64,000 nucleotides of DNA from positions 573 through 64,572 of the forward strand of contig JAHEMG010000006.1 of assembly GCA_024643755.1 (NCBI GenBank). The letters run 5' to 3'. A program made the position numbers and the translations under genes. Within the stretch, counting starts at the first letter, position 1; every line of letters begins with the position of its first letter. Source of the stretch: Flavobacteriales bacterium (lineage in GTDB: Bacteria > Bacteroidota > Bacteroidia > NS11-12g > UBA955). Shown here in pieces: positions 29,866 to 38,935 of the stretch. The notes beneath the pieces were generated by a model. It did not search any database. It saw nothing but the letters and a program-made list of their open reading frames with translations, and was not told the DNA's origin.

Positions 29866-29873
29866 CAAAAATA
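29866..29873 (-). promoter_or_regulatory. -7 box TATTTTTG for gldA (minus strand)
   Basis: Plus strand reads caaaaata, i.e. TATTTTTG on the minus strand, 8 nt upstream of the gldA GTG at 29857. Confidence 0.4.
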
Positions 29874-29892
29874 GTTGAATCGGTTCAACCTT

Positions 29893-30762
29893 TTATACCC
29901 TGTATAACGATTGATACACTTCTTCTATTCTAATGTGATAGGAATATCTGCGTTTGCGACTTTTGCTGCCACGGTAGCGACCTCTGCGTTTCTTGTATTT
30001 GTAAGAGCCTGCAGGCATTTGGAATAGCTTAGATTCGATGTTTAGTGTGTCGATTTTTACCGTTTCATTGGGGAAGTCGATCACTGATGCTGGGTTCAAA
30101 GGCCTGCCCAAAAAGCGAATCTCGAAATGCAGGTGTGGGCCCGTGCTATGTCCGGTTGAACCACCCAGTCCCAGCAACTGTCCGGCATTGACCAAAGTGC
30201 CAGGTTTCACATCCAACTTGCTGAGGTGGGCATATAGCGTTTCTAAGCCATTATAATGTCTCACTACAACGCAGTTTCCATAGCCATTATAGTATTTGCT
30301 CATGCGAACAACACCATCGAATGCGGCATAAACAGAGTCTCCCGTGCGCAGTTGCAGGTCGATGCCCGTATGTGGTCTGCCATGTCGCCAACCAAATGGA
30401 GAATTGGTTCTGCCGTAAATGGGCATCGCGAAATCACAATCCATTTCCAAAACGGTTAATGGAATAATTTCTTGCAGCTTTCTAAGGTCGAAACGATAAG
30501 CATCTACATGGAGGGTGTCCCAAAACGCATAAAAATCATATTCTGGCAACATGCCCGGTATCACGAACTCCCCCTCTTCATAATAGAATGCAGCGGTATC
30601 TGCCGAAGACATCCAAGCAGAATCTTCTACAATGTAATCGCCGTCTTCCTCACCATAATCTTCATCGTCTTCTTGAGCGATAGCAGGAACGCACACAATG
30701 AACATCAACAGAAATACTGCCGACTTAATCCAATGTAACCAATGATTGGGCCTGTTGTGCAT
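29893..30762 (-). CDS. M23 family (LytM-type) metallopeptidase, secreted
   Basis: HTGIDL and GSTGHSTGPHLHFEI zinc motifs. I prefer the ATG at 30762 (MHNRPNHWLHWIKSAVFLLMFIVCVPAIAQ signal peptide) over the track start at 30813. Confidence 0.85.
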   Translation of the reverse strand: MHNRPNHWLHWIKSAVFLLMFIVCVPAIAQEDDEDYGEEDGDYIVEDSAWMSSADTAAFYYEEGEFVIPGMLPEYDFYAFWDTLHVDAYRFDLRKLQEIIPLTVLEMDCDFAMPIYGRTNSPFGWRHGRPHTGIDLQLRTGDSVYAAFDGVVRMSKYYNGYGNCVVVRHYNGLETLYAHLSKLDVKPGTLVNAGQLLGLGGSTGHSTGPHLHFEIRFLGRPLNPASVIDFPNETVKIDTLNIESKLFQMPAGSYKYKKRRGRYRGSKSRKRRYSYHIRIEEVYQSLYRV

Positions 30763-31660
30763 CGATAAAAATTTGGGTTTTGAGCGATTCCAAAGAATCG
30801 AACTTCTGCTCATTTCTCAAATACTGTACCAAAAACAGGGAAATAGGATGGTTGTAAATGTTTTTGTCAAAATCAAAAATATGGGCTTCGACACTGAGGG
30901 TTTTTCCATCCACCGTAGGACGGTAACCGATGTTGCAAACCATTTTATATCGTTGATTTTCGACATCGCAATAGCCCGCATAAACCCCGTTGGGTGGAAT
31001 CATTTTGTAGGGGTCTTCAATGCGTAAATTGGCCGTTGGGAAACCGATGGTTCTGCCTAGTTTTTGTCCTTCCGAAACAATACCGGAAAGTATGTATGGC
31101 CTTCCAAGTAGGGTGTTTGCTTCGGTTAACTGTTTGTTTGATATTGCGTTGCGAATTCTTGTGCTGCTGATCGCGATAGCGTCGATTTCAGAGGCGGGAA
31201 TTTCTTGTACTTGAAAGTTGTAACGCTGAGAAAGGGTTACTAAGGTATGAAAATCCCCTTTGCGATTCTTGCCAAATCGGTGGTCGTAGCCAATGACGAT
31301 GGTGTCGACATGCAGCTGATGAACCAAGATCGTTTCCACAAATTCTTGGGGCGATAATTGGGCAAATTCTTGGGTGAAAGGCAGCACCAATACGTAATCA
31401 ACGCCCAAATCATACACAGCTTTGGCTTTTTCTTCCAAGCTGCTCAACATGCGCAAATTTTGATTGTTTGGGTCAATCACCAACCTTGGGTGTGGGTGGT
31501 AGGTGATGAGCAGGCTTTGGGTGTTTTTGGATTTGGCCAATTCCACCACTTGCTTCAGTACCTTCTGATGCCCTAAATGCACCCCATCGAATGTTCCCTG
31601 TGTAATCACCAGCGGCTGATGGGATGGGATGTCGGCAGGGTCGTGGAAGGGTTTTTTCAT
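30725..31660 (-). CDS. ribF: Bifunctional riboflavin kinase / FMN adenylyltransferase
   Basis: 311 aa. GTFDGVHLGHQ nucleotidyltransferase motif and GFPTANL riboflavin kinase motif. Confidence 0.93.
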   Translation of the reverse strand: MKKPFHDPADIPSHQPLVITQGTFDGVHLGHQKVLKQVVELAKSKNTQSLLITYHPHPRLVIDPNNQNLRMLSSLEEKAKAVYDLGVDYVLVLPFTQEFAQLSPQEFVETILVHQLHVDTIVIGYDHRFGKNRKGDFHTLVTLSQRYNFQVQEIPASEIDAIAISSTRIRNAISNKQLTEANTLLGRPYILSGIVSEGQKLGRTIGFPTANLRIEDPYKMIPPNGVYAGYCDVENQRYKMVCNIGYRPTVDGKTLSVEAHIFDFDKNIYNHPISLFLVQYLRNEQKFDSLESLKTQIFIDAQQAQSLVTLD

Positions 31661-31712
31661 TTGGGAGTCGCAAATTTCGTGAAAATATCTATGTCAAATA
31701 CGCGTTGTACTG

Positions 31713-31720
31713 TAAATTTG
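31713..31720 (+). promoter_or_regulatory. -7 box TAAATTTG for porQ
   Basis: Exact TAnnTTTG, 6 nt upstream of the ATG at 31727. Confidence 0.4.
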
Positions 31721-31726
31721 TTCCAT

Positions 31727-32806
31727 ATGCAAAAACGTACCTGGTTGTTTGGTTGGGCGATGACAGCGTTCTCGCTGTTCGCGCAAACGGGAGGAACAGG
31801 TGTGTTTCGGATGCTGGATGTGCCTTTGCACAGTCGCGCCTTGGCTTGGAGTGGCTATTTGGTTACGCAGCCTCACGGTGATGTGCTTCAATCGGTGAGT
31901 AATCCGGGTTTGCTGAATCCTGTGCATGCCAAAAAATTTGCGTTAAGCGCAGGGTCTGTTTTGCCTACCGTGAAAAGCGCCAATGCGGTGGGCGCTTGGC
32001 AGGGCCGACGGGCGATGTGGATGGCTTATGCCCAGCACCTCGATTATGGTTCCATGGATGCTTTTGATGCGGGCGGGAATCCCCAAGGCACGGTTTCTGC
32101 AAATGAAACGCAAGTAGGTGTAGGTGCCTCTGTTTTGGTGGCTCCACGATTTCGGGTAGGTGCTCAACTTGGCATGGTGTACAGCGTGTTGGGTCCCTAT
32201 GTTTCGAATGGCGTCTTTGCCAATTTGGGCTGTAACTATATTATGCGCGATTCAGTTTTAAGCTGGGGGATGTTGCTGAAAAATATGGGTGCGCAAATTG
32301 TGTCGTACAGAGATGCCGGACGAGAATCGATGCCATTCAATATTCAGACAGCGATTTCAATCAGCCCAAAGCATATGCCATTGCGGTTCCATCTTACCGC
32401 GCACAGTTTGCAGCGATGGGATTTGACCTATGATCAATATTTGGACAATGGCGGACAAATCGACCTAAATGGAAAACCGGTAGTGCCCACGGAGGCGGGT
32501 TTCGGGGCGAAATTGACGCGACATTTGGCGGTTGGGACAGAGTTGGCGTTGGGACAGAATTTGAGTTTATTGGTGGGATATAGTCATCAGCGGAGAATGG
32601 AAATGGCAACATCTGAACGTCGAGGAACTTCCGGGTTTGGTTGGGGGATGAAGTTTCGCATGGCCAAAATTGATATTACGTATGGAAGCGCTTCGTACTT
32701 TCCAGGACAGAATTCCAACCAATTTTCATTGGTGATTGATCCTGCGAGGTTTGCAAAGAAGAGGCAGCTGATATCCAATACGCACAAGGGTGTTTCGGCA
32801 TTGTGA
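31727..32806 (+). CDS. porQ: T9SS outer-membrane beta-barrel protein PorQ
   Basis: About 359 aa from MQKRTWLFGWAMTAFSLFAQ (signal peptide). The earlier track start at 31577 overlaps ribF. Beta-barrel-like alternating sequence, N-terminal GGTGVFRMLDVP...SNPGLLNP region typical of PorQ as I recall it, and sits immediately upstream of cmk. Confidence 0.65.
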   Translation: MQKRTWLFGWAMTAFSLFAQTGGTGVFRMLDVPLHSRALAWSGYLVTQPHGDVLQSVSNPGLLNPVHAKKFALSAGSVLPTVKSANAVGAWQGRRAMWMAYAQHLDYGSMDAFDAGGNPQGTVSANETQVGVGASVLVAPRFRVGAQLGMVYSVLGPYVSNGVFANLGCNYIMRDSVLSWGMLLKNMGAQIVSYRDAGRESMPFNIQTAISISPKHMPLRFHLTAHSLQRWDLTYDQYLDNGGQIDLNGKPVVPTEAGFGAKLTRHLAVGTELALGQNLSLLVGYSHQRRMEMATSERRGTSGFGWGMKFRMAKIDITYGSASYFPGQNSNQFSLVIDPARFAKKRQLISNTHKGVSAL

Positions 32807-32813
32807 TCATAAA

Positions 32814-33488
32814 ATGAATAAGAAAATCAACATCGCCATTGATGGCTACAGCAGTTGTGGCAAGGGAACGTTAGCAAAGGAATTGGCGCAGGCCTTGGGT
32901 TATGTGTTTATCGATAGCGGGGCGATGTATCGCGCGGTGACTTTGCACATGATGCGATTGGGTGTGGATGTTGCTGATGAAGCCGCCGTTGAGAGGGCAT
33001 TGGAAGGGGTTGAAGTTGGCTTTTTAAACAAAGGGGATCAACCTGCTGAAGTTACGTTAAACGGCATTTCGGTAGAGTCAGAAATTCGTACTATTGAGGT
33101 GGCTTCGAAAGTGAGTGAAGTGGCGAAAATAGATGCAGTACGCACCAAAATGGTGGCGTTGCAGCAAGCCATCGGATTGCAAAAAGGGGTTGTCATGGAT
33201 GGTCGGGATATCGGCACGGTGGTTTTCCCGGATGCTGAATTGAAAATCTTTATGACGGCCAGTGCAGCGGTTCGTGCCCAGCGCCGATTTGCGGAGTTGA
33301 TCGCCAAGGGCGATGATGTGACTTTGGAGGAAATAGCGAGTAACTTGGCTCATCGCGATCAAATTGATGCCAATAGGGAGAATAGCCCATTAACACTGAC
33401 GGGTGATTATCGCGTTCTTGACAATTCTGAGCTTTCTCGGGAAGCGCAATTTTCCATGGCGTTGGATTGGGTAAATCAGGCCCTGTAA
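32814..33488 (+). CDS. cmk: Cytidylate kinase
   Basis: Start MNKKINIAIDGYSSCGKGT (P-loop); DGRDIGTVVFPDA motif. Confidence 0.93.
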   Translation: MNKKINIAIDGYSSCGKGTLAKELAQALGYVFIDSGAMYRAVTLHMMRLGVDVADEAAVERALEGVEVGFLNKGDQPAEVTLNGISVESEIRTIEVASKVSEVAKIDAVRTKMVALQQAIGLQKGVVMDGRDIGTVVFPDAELKIFMTASAAVRAQRRFAELIAKGDDVTLEEIASNLAHRDQIDANRENSPLTLTGDYRVLDNSELSREAQFSMALDWVNQAL

Positions 33489-33546
33489 CTTCGTTAGACG
33501 CTTTATTTCGTTGATATCTTGCGAATAACCTTTTGTAGTGTTTTCG

Positions 33547-33554
33547 TACTTTTG
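33547..33554 (+). promoter_or_regulatory. -7 box TACTTTTG for tpiA
   Basis: Exact TAnnTTTG, 7 nt upstream of the ATG at 33562. Confidence 0.4.
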
Positions 33555-33561
33555 TGGAAGT

Positions 33562-34326
33562 ATGAAAAGGCAAAAAATCGTTGCGGGTAACTGGAAGATG
33601 CACAAAACCTTGGAAGAGAGCCAAGCGTTAATTACCGAAGTTCGTGGAATCGTTCGAGATGAATACAGGGGCGATGGTAAAGTGGTTTTGATCCCAACCT
33701 TTTTGGCTTTGCCAACGGCTGTTCGTTTGTTAGAAGGTAGCGGTTTGCAGGTGGGTGCGCAAAATGCCCATCAAGAAGACCAAGGCGCGTTTACCGGAGA
33801 AATTTCTGCCAATATGTTGAAGTCGATCGGGGTAGAGTATTGCTTGGTTGGACATAGTGAGCGTCGTCAATATTTCGGTGAAACCAACGAAGTATGTGCT
33901 GCGAAAGTGAAGTCTGTTGTTCGCCACGGAATGAAGCCCATTTTTTGTGTAGGTGAAACCCTGGAGCAGCGCGAGAGTAAGCAATATTTTAGAGCCATTG
34001 AGGAGCAAATTGTTCAAGGGTTGTTTCATTTGGACCGCAAAGAGTTTTCTCAAGTGGTTGTGGCCTACGAGCCTGTTTGGGCAATCGGAACCGGTTTGAA
34101 TGCATCACCAGAGCAAGCGCAGGAAATTCATGCCTACATTAGAAAACTCATTGCCAATCAATACAACGAGGAACTCGCTGCTACTACGTCTATTTTGTAT
34201 GGTGGTAGTGTAAAGCCAGAAAATGCAGCCGCTTTGTTCTTACAGGGCGATATTGATGGCGGTTTGATCGGTGGAGCGAGCTTGAAGGCACGTGATTTCA
34301 TCGACATTGTGAAAGCAATGCGCTAA
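33562..34326 (+). CDS. tpiA: Triosephosphate isomerase
   Basis: MKRQKIVAGNWKMH, VGHSERR, AYEPVWAIGTG, YGGSV. Confidence 0.96.
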   Translation: MKRQKIVAGNWKMHKTLEESQALITEVRGIVRDEYRGDGKVVLIPTFLALPTAVRLLEGSGLQVGAQNAHQEDQGAFTGEISANMLKSIGVEYCLVGHSERRQYFGETNEVCAAKVKSVVRHGMKPIFCVGETLEQRESKQYFRAIEEQIVQGLFHLDRKEFSQVVVAYEPVWAIGTGLNASPEQAQEIHAYIRKLIANQYNEELAATTSILYGGSVKPENAAALFLQGDIDGGLIGGASLKARDFIDIVKAMR

Positions 34327-34369
34327 TTTTCAGAATGCAAACGCATCTTGGTGCGTTATTTGATAACCC

Positions 34370-37300
34370 ATGATGATGCTTCGAATCCTCTGTACCTTTT
34401 TGTTGTTTGCCGTTGGGTCTCGCTTGTCGGCCCAAAATGGTAGTTTTAGTCCTGTTCCTGCGACATTCATCGCGGAGTTTGAAGCCTTTACTGCCAAGGC
34501 GAATGATAAGAACCTAACGCGCAATTTTGCCGTTTTTAAAGAGAATTGGGAGCTTGGTAAGTTTTCGCCCAGTCAGCAGAAGTTTATCATCGATATCAGT
34601 AATCAAATGCTGGCGGAGAAAATGTCGCTCCAGCCGCATTTTCAGCTCTTTATGACAACCGTGGCGGCCTTTTTGGAAAACAAACTGCCCGATAAAGTCC
34701 TGATTCAGTGGCAAAATATTACCAAATCGCTCCTGGGAAACAGCAATAAGGAGTACTTGGATTTCCTGACAACCACAGCCAATTTATTCGCCAATAAGAC
34801 CATCTATCAATCAGGGACAACCGTTTGGAAAGTTGATACCTTGGATTTTGATATGTATTACAAAGGGGAGATTGAAATTCACTTTGGTGAGGTGGATTTG
34901 ACTTGTCAGGGCTTTCTCGACAAAATGGTTGTGAAAGGCACCAAAGGCATCTACAAGCCAGCAAAAAACATTTGGGAAGGGGCATATGGTTCAGCGGATT
35001 TCCAGCGTTGCTTGCCGGATGAATCGGCTTATGTGCGCTTCAATAATTATCGCATCAATTTGGATATCAATACCTACAGTGTTGACTCTGCCGCCCTTAC
35101 CTACAATCGATATTTCAAAACAGCCGTGTATGGGAAGTTTACCGATAAACTTTCTTCAGCCACCGATTCTTTGAAGGTGAAAAAGTCTGGATTTCCTCAG
35201 TTTAACTCCTACGACAATGAACTCTTGGTACGGGGCATTGTGGGCGATGAGAGTTTTTTCAGGGGTGGATTTACCATGCAGGGACATACCGTGACCACCG
35301 CAACAGCCAATGGTAAGCCATCGGTGATCGATGTGTTCTACAAGGGAAAGAAAAAGGCCACCCTGAAGAGTAAATCGTTCAAGATTTCTGATGGGGTAGC
35401 CGGAACACTGCAAGCAGAATACACCCTTTACCTAGACAGTGTAACCACCATTTATCATCCTTTCGTAAAGGTGAACTTCATTTTTAAAGACAACAAACTC
35501 ATTGTTGAGCGGGGTGAAGAAGGATTGATGCGTGTGCCGTTCTCTGACAATTATCACAATGTGAGTTTAGACGTTCAGCAAGTGCGGTGGGTAATTACAG
35601 AGCCCTTCGTGGATTTCGATAACGTGAATAACGACATTGAAGCCCGTATTTCTTCGGATGACTTCTTCCGCGATATCCTCTATAATCGATTGCAAGGTCC
35701 GTTGCGCTCCCATCCCCTGGAAGGATTGGTGGCCTTTTATAACCGTCAGCCAGAGGATCCTTTGTCGAACCAGCTACAAAAAGACATCAAGAATTTGATG
35801 CTTTCCGGAAAACCGGAGGACAAAGCAAAGGCCGATGCGAAAATGAAGCAATTGCAAGCACGCAAAGCGGAATTGCGCGAGTATTACAAAGCCGAGCAGC
35901 GACAAAAATTCTCCTTGGACGATTACGCGTTTTTTCAAAAGACCCAAAAAGAGTATTTGGTGGCCCCCTTCTTGGAATTGCACGATCAAGGTTATATCAA
36001 TTATCTGCAGGATCAAGACAGCGCTATTCTATTGCCAAAAGCTTTTCGCTACGTTCAGGCACACCAGAAAATGCGTGATTATGATGTAATCAGAATTTCA
36101 TCCATCATTGGCGCACGTCCCAATTTTACCCTGAACTTGTTGAGTAATGAGATGAATCTTGAAGGGGTTTCCAAGTTTTTTTTCTCTGATTCTCAAAACG
36201 TGATTGTGGTTCCCTCCAACCAACAAGTGACCTTGACCAAAAACCGGGGTTTGCGATTTGGCGGTCAGTTGCGTGCCGGACGATTTGACTTTTACGGTAA
36301 GAAATATGTGTTCAACTATGGCCAATTCAACATTGCGATGTCGGCCGTGGATTCCCTCCAAATGTATTTCCCTGATTCCTCTGGAAGAAGGTTGGTGCCC
36401 ATCAAGTCTGTATTGCGCAACGTAAGTGGAACGCTTTATATCGATAAGCCAAACAATAAATCTGGGAACAAGGATTACCCCGAATACCCCATTTTCGTTT
36501 CCGATAAAGGAAGTGAAGTGTTGTATGATAAGCCCCATATTCATGGTGGTGCCTATGAAGGAGACAAATTCAAGTTTGTGGTGGATCCGTTTACCATTGA
36601 CAGTTTGGACAACTTCACTATTGCGGGTTTGCGTTTCGACGGTAATTTTATTTCCGATGGCATTTTTCCGGAGTTTCGTCATTATGTGACCATCCAAAAG
36701 GACTATTCCCTGGGCTTCATTAAGCACACCCCACCCGGTGGATATACCATGTATCGCGGCAAAGGATTGGGCGATATGACCATGAACTTGTCTGAGGAAG
36801 GATTCTATGGCACCGATGGAAGTATCCAATACCAAGGATCCAAAAGTGAATTTACCAAAATACTGCTGCTGCCCAAAAAAGCTGTGGGTGTGCTGAATCG
36901 CTACGACTTGGCTGAAAATACCAAATACCCCGAAGTACACGCCGTTATGGCTAACATGGAATGGAACCCATACCAAGATGAGTACAAGGTAACCAATGGT
37001 ACTACGCCGATTAAAATGTTTAAGGTTGGACATGATTTCACGGGAACCATTACCCAATCGCCCAGTGTGGTGAAAGGCGATGGCACCTTGGCATGGGATC
37101 AGGCCAAATTCTACAGCCAAGAACAGGTGTTTGGCCCTCAAAAGTCTACAGCGAAGAAAGCCAACTTGCAGATTTACGCTGCAGACTCTTCGCGGATGGC
37201 GTTTGAAACGAGCGACATCAATGGAACGATGGATTTCAGCAAGCGCATCGGAACGTTTACCAAAAACGAACCAGGATCGATGACCAAGTTCGATTACAAC

Positions 37301-38884
37301 ATGTATCAAACCAACCTGACCGATTATCGTTGGGATATGGATAAAAAGATTATTACGGCGAAAGTGGGTCCATCGTTGGCCGGGCAAACCCCCATTTTTG
37401 CGAGTACAAATCCAACCCAGGGCGGCCTGAGTTTTGAGGCGAAACGGGCCGATTACAGTTTGGTTGATTATACCCTTAAAATCTCTGAAATTCCTTACAT
37501 CGACATTGCCGATTCGCGCCTGTTCTTGAAAGATGGCAAGGCAACGGTGCGTGCAAATGCAGACATGGATCTGTTGGATAGTACCAAGTTGATTGCCGGT
37601 CGCGACAATAAATTCCACGAGATTTATAAGCTCAAGGTAAAGGTCTATGGCAAAAACAAAATCCGTGGCAATGGGTTCTATCAGTACGTGAACAGTAGGG
37701 GCGGGCGTCAAGAGTTCTTCTTAGATAGCGTGATTGTGAACGACAACCAGCGGGTAGAAGGTGTCGGTAAAATTGCCGAGGAACAGAACTTTACCCTCGA
37801 AACGAAAATTGGTTATAAAGGGTTTGCGCAAATTGAGAGTACTGAAAAACTCATTCGATTTACAGGTTACGTGAAACCGCTGCACACCTTTAAAAATATC
37901 TATCCATCGGTTTGGATTCGTTTCGATAACCGTGTGGACCCCAAAGACGTGGTGTTGGATATGAGCGATCCTCGCGATAAAGACAACAAAAAGCAATATG
38001 TGGGATTGTTTGTGGCCAATGATTCGAGTTTCGTTTATCCGCTGATGTACTCTTGGAAGCGCCGCTATTCAGACGATGACGTTACCAACGATACCGGCAT
38101 TTTCTATTACGACAACAAAACGGAGAGCTTCTATGCGGGCAGCAAGTCTCGCTTGAGGGATGGTGGCCTTAAGGGCAGTTGGATACAGTTCAATGAAAAG
38201 GATCACAGCATTCATGCTGAAGGACCGTTAGACTTTGGTTTGGAATCGCCCAACATCAAATTCAAGAACGCAGGTACGGCCGATTTGTATCCGGGCGATA
38301 GCAGTTTTGTCTTTAACCTGGCGATGATGCTCGATTTTCCGATGCACCCAGACTATGTGGAGCGATTGGTGGCATTAATCAATGAAAATGGAGGTACCAC
38401 AGCAACCGTGAATACCGACTTCTTCAAGCAGTGTTTGGGAGAAATGATGGAAAGTGAAAAATCGTATCGTCAAGTGTTGGAAAATTTGGCCAAAAATGGC
38501 GAGTTGAAAGGCAAAGACGAGGCCGAATACAAACTGGTGTTGAGCGATGCCACTTTCCGTTGGGATAGCAAAATGCGCGGTATGTATTGCAATGATTTTG
38601 TTTCTGTAGCAAGCATCGCAGGGAAACCCATCAACAAGAATATGCATGCAGTGATGTTGCTAGAGCACAAGCGAAGCGGACAAAATATGTATGTGTATTT
38701 GGATTTGGGGGCCAACGATTATATATACATCAACCTGACAAAAACAGGCGCCAATGTATATGCAACCGATCAAAACTTGCAGCAAATCCTGACGAATACG
38801 GCTGACAAAGTGAAGGCGGAAAACTATTTCATCCGTCCGGCCACCGAACGTCAAGTTGAAAAGTTCCTTAGACGTTTTGAATAA
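34370..38884 (+). CDS. Large (1504 aa) uncharacterised secreted or envelope protein
   Basis: Uninterrupted ORF with signal peptide MMMLRILCTFLLFAVGSRLSAQ. Mostly beta-rich Gly/aromatic segments and one Lys/Glu-rich helical stretch (KPEDKAKADAKMKQLQARKAELREYYKAEQRQK). No recognisable catalytic motif, no T9SS CTD, no lipobox. Confidence 0.8.
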   Translation: MMMLRILCTFLLFAVGSRLSAQNGSFSPVPATFIAEFEAFTAKANDKNLTRNFAVFKENWELGKFSPSQQKFIIDISNQMLAEKMSLQPHFQLFMTTVAAFLENKLPDKVLIQWQNITKSLLGNSNKEYLDFLTTTANLFANKTIYQSGTTVWKVDTLDFDMYYKGEIEIHFGEVDLTCQGFLDKMVVKGTKGIYKPAKNIWEGAYGSADFQRCLPDESAYVRFNNYRINLDINTYSVDSAALTYNRYFKTAVYGKFTDKLSSATDSLKVKKSGFPQFNSYDNELLVRGIVGDESFFRGGFTMQGHTVTTATANGKPSVIDVFYKGKKKATLKSKSFKISDGVAGTLQAEYTLYLDSVTTIYHPFVKVNFIFKDNKLIVERGEEGLMRVPFSDNYHNVSLDVQQVRWVITEPFVDFDNVNNDIEARISSDDFFRDILYNRLQGPLRSHPLEGLVAFYNRQPEDPLSNQLQKDIKNLMLSGKPEDKAKADAKMKQLQARKAELREYYKAEQRQKFSLDDYAFFQKTQKEYLVAPFLELHDQGYINYLQDQDSAILLPKAFRYVQAHQKMRDYDVIRISSIIGARPNFTLNLLSNEMNLEGVSKFFFSDSQNVIVVPSNQQVTLTKNRGLRFGGQLRAGRFDFYGKKYVFNYGQFNIAMSAVDSLQMYFPDSSGRRLVPIKSVLRNVSGTLYIDKPNNKSGNKDYPEYPIFVSDKGSEVLYDKPHIHGGAYEGDKFKFVVDPFTIDSLDNFTIAGLRFDGNFISDGIFPEFRHYVTIQKDYSLGFIKHTPPGGYTMYRGKGLGDMTMNLSEEGFYGTDGSIQYQGSKSEFTKILLLPKKAVGVLNRYDLAENTKYPEVHAVMANMEWNPYQDEYKVTNGTTPIKMFKVGHDFTGTITQSPSVVKGDGTLAWDQAKFYSQEQVFGPQKSTAKKANLQIYAADSSRMAFETSDINGTMDFSKRIGTFTKNEPGSMTKFDYNMYQTNLTDYRWDMDKKIITAKVGPSLAGQTPIFASTNPTQGGLSFEAKRADYSLVDYTLKISEIPYIDIADSRLFLKDGKATVRANADMDLLDSTKLIAGRDNKFHEIYKLKVKVYGKNKIRGNGFYQYVNSRGGRQEFFLDSVIVNDNQRVEGVGKIAEEQNFTLETKIGYKGFAQIESTEKLIRFTGYVKPLHTFKNIYPSVWIRFDNRVDPKDVVLDMSDPRDKDNKKQYVGLFVANDSSFVYPLMYSWKRRYSDDDVTNDTGIFYYDNKTESFYAGSKSRLRDGGLKGSWIQFNEKDHSIHAEGPLDFGLESPNIKFKNAGTADLYPGDSSFVFNLAMMLDFPMHPDYVERLVALINENGGTTATVNTDFFKQCLGEMMESEKSYRQVLENLAKNGELKGKDEAEYKLVLSDATFRWDSKMRGMYCNDFVSVASIAGKPINKNMHAVMLLEHKRSGQNMYVYLDLGANDYIYINLTKTGANVYATDQNLQQILTNTADKVKAENYFIRPATERQVEKFLRRFE

Positions 38885-38895
38885 GCAATGGTTTA

Positions 38896-38927
38896 AACGG
38901 GAGGTGTGATTTACGTGCCTCCCCGTT
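38896..38927. terminator. Imperfect hairpin between convergent genes (1504-aa ORF and truA)
   Basis: aacgggagg ... cctcc(c)cgtt: 9 bp with one bulge and a 13-nt loop, no clear T-run. Confidence 0.3.
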
Positions 38928-38935
38928 ATACCTGT

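Noticed and set aside
30725-30813. Apparent 89-nt overlap between the ribF 3-prime end and the M23 peptidase ORF, considered as a possible programmed overlap.
   Set aside because: It is most simply a start-codon choice issue. Using the ATG at 30762, which gives a proper signal peptide, reduces the overlap to 38 nt. Nothing suggests frameshifting.
31577-31726. N-terminal 50-aa extension of the porQ ORF, overlapping the ribF start region.
   Set aside because: The extension overlaps ribF on the other strand and has no membrane or signal character. A good signal peptide begins at the ATG at 31727, which is also preceded by a TAAATTTG box.
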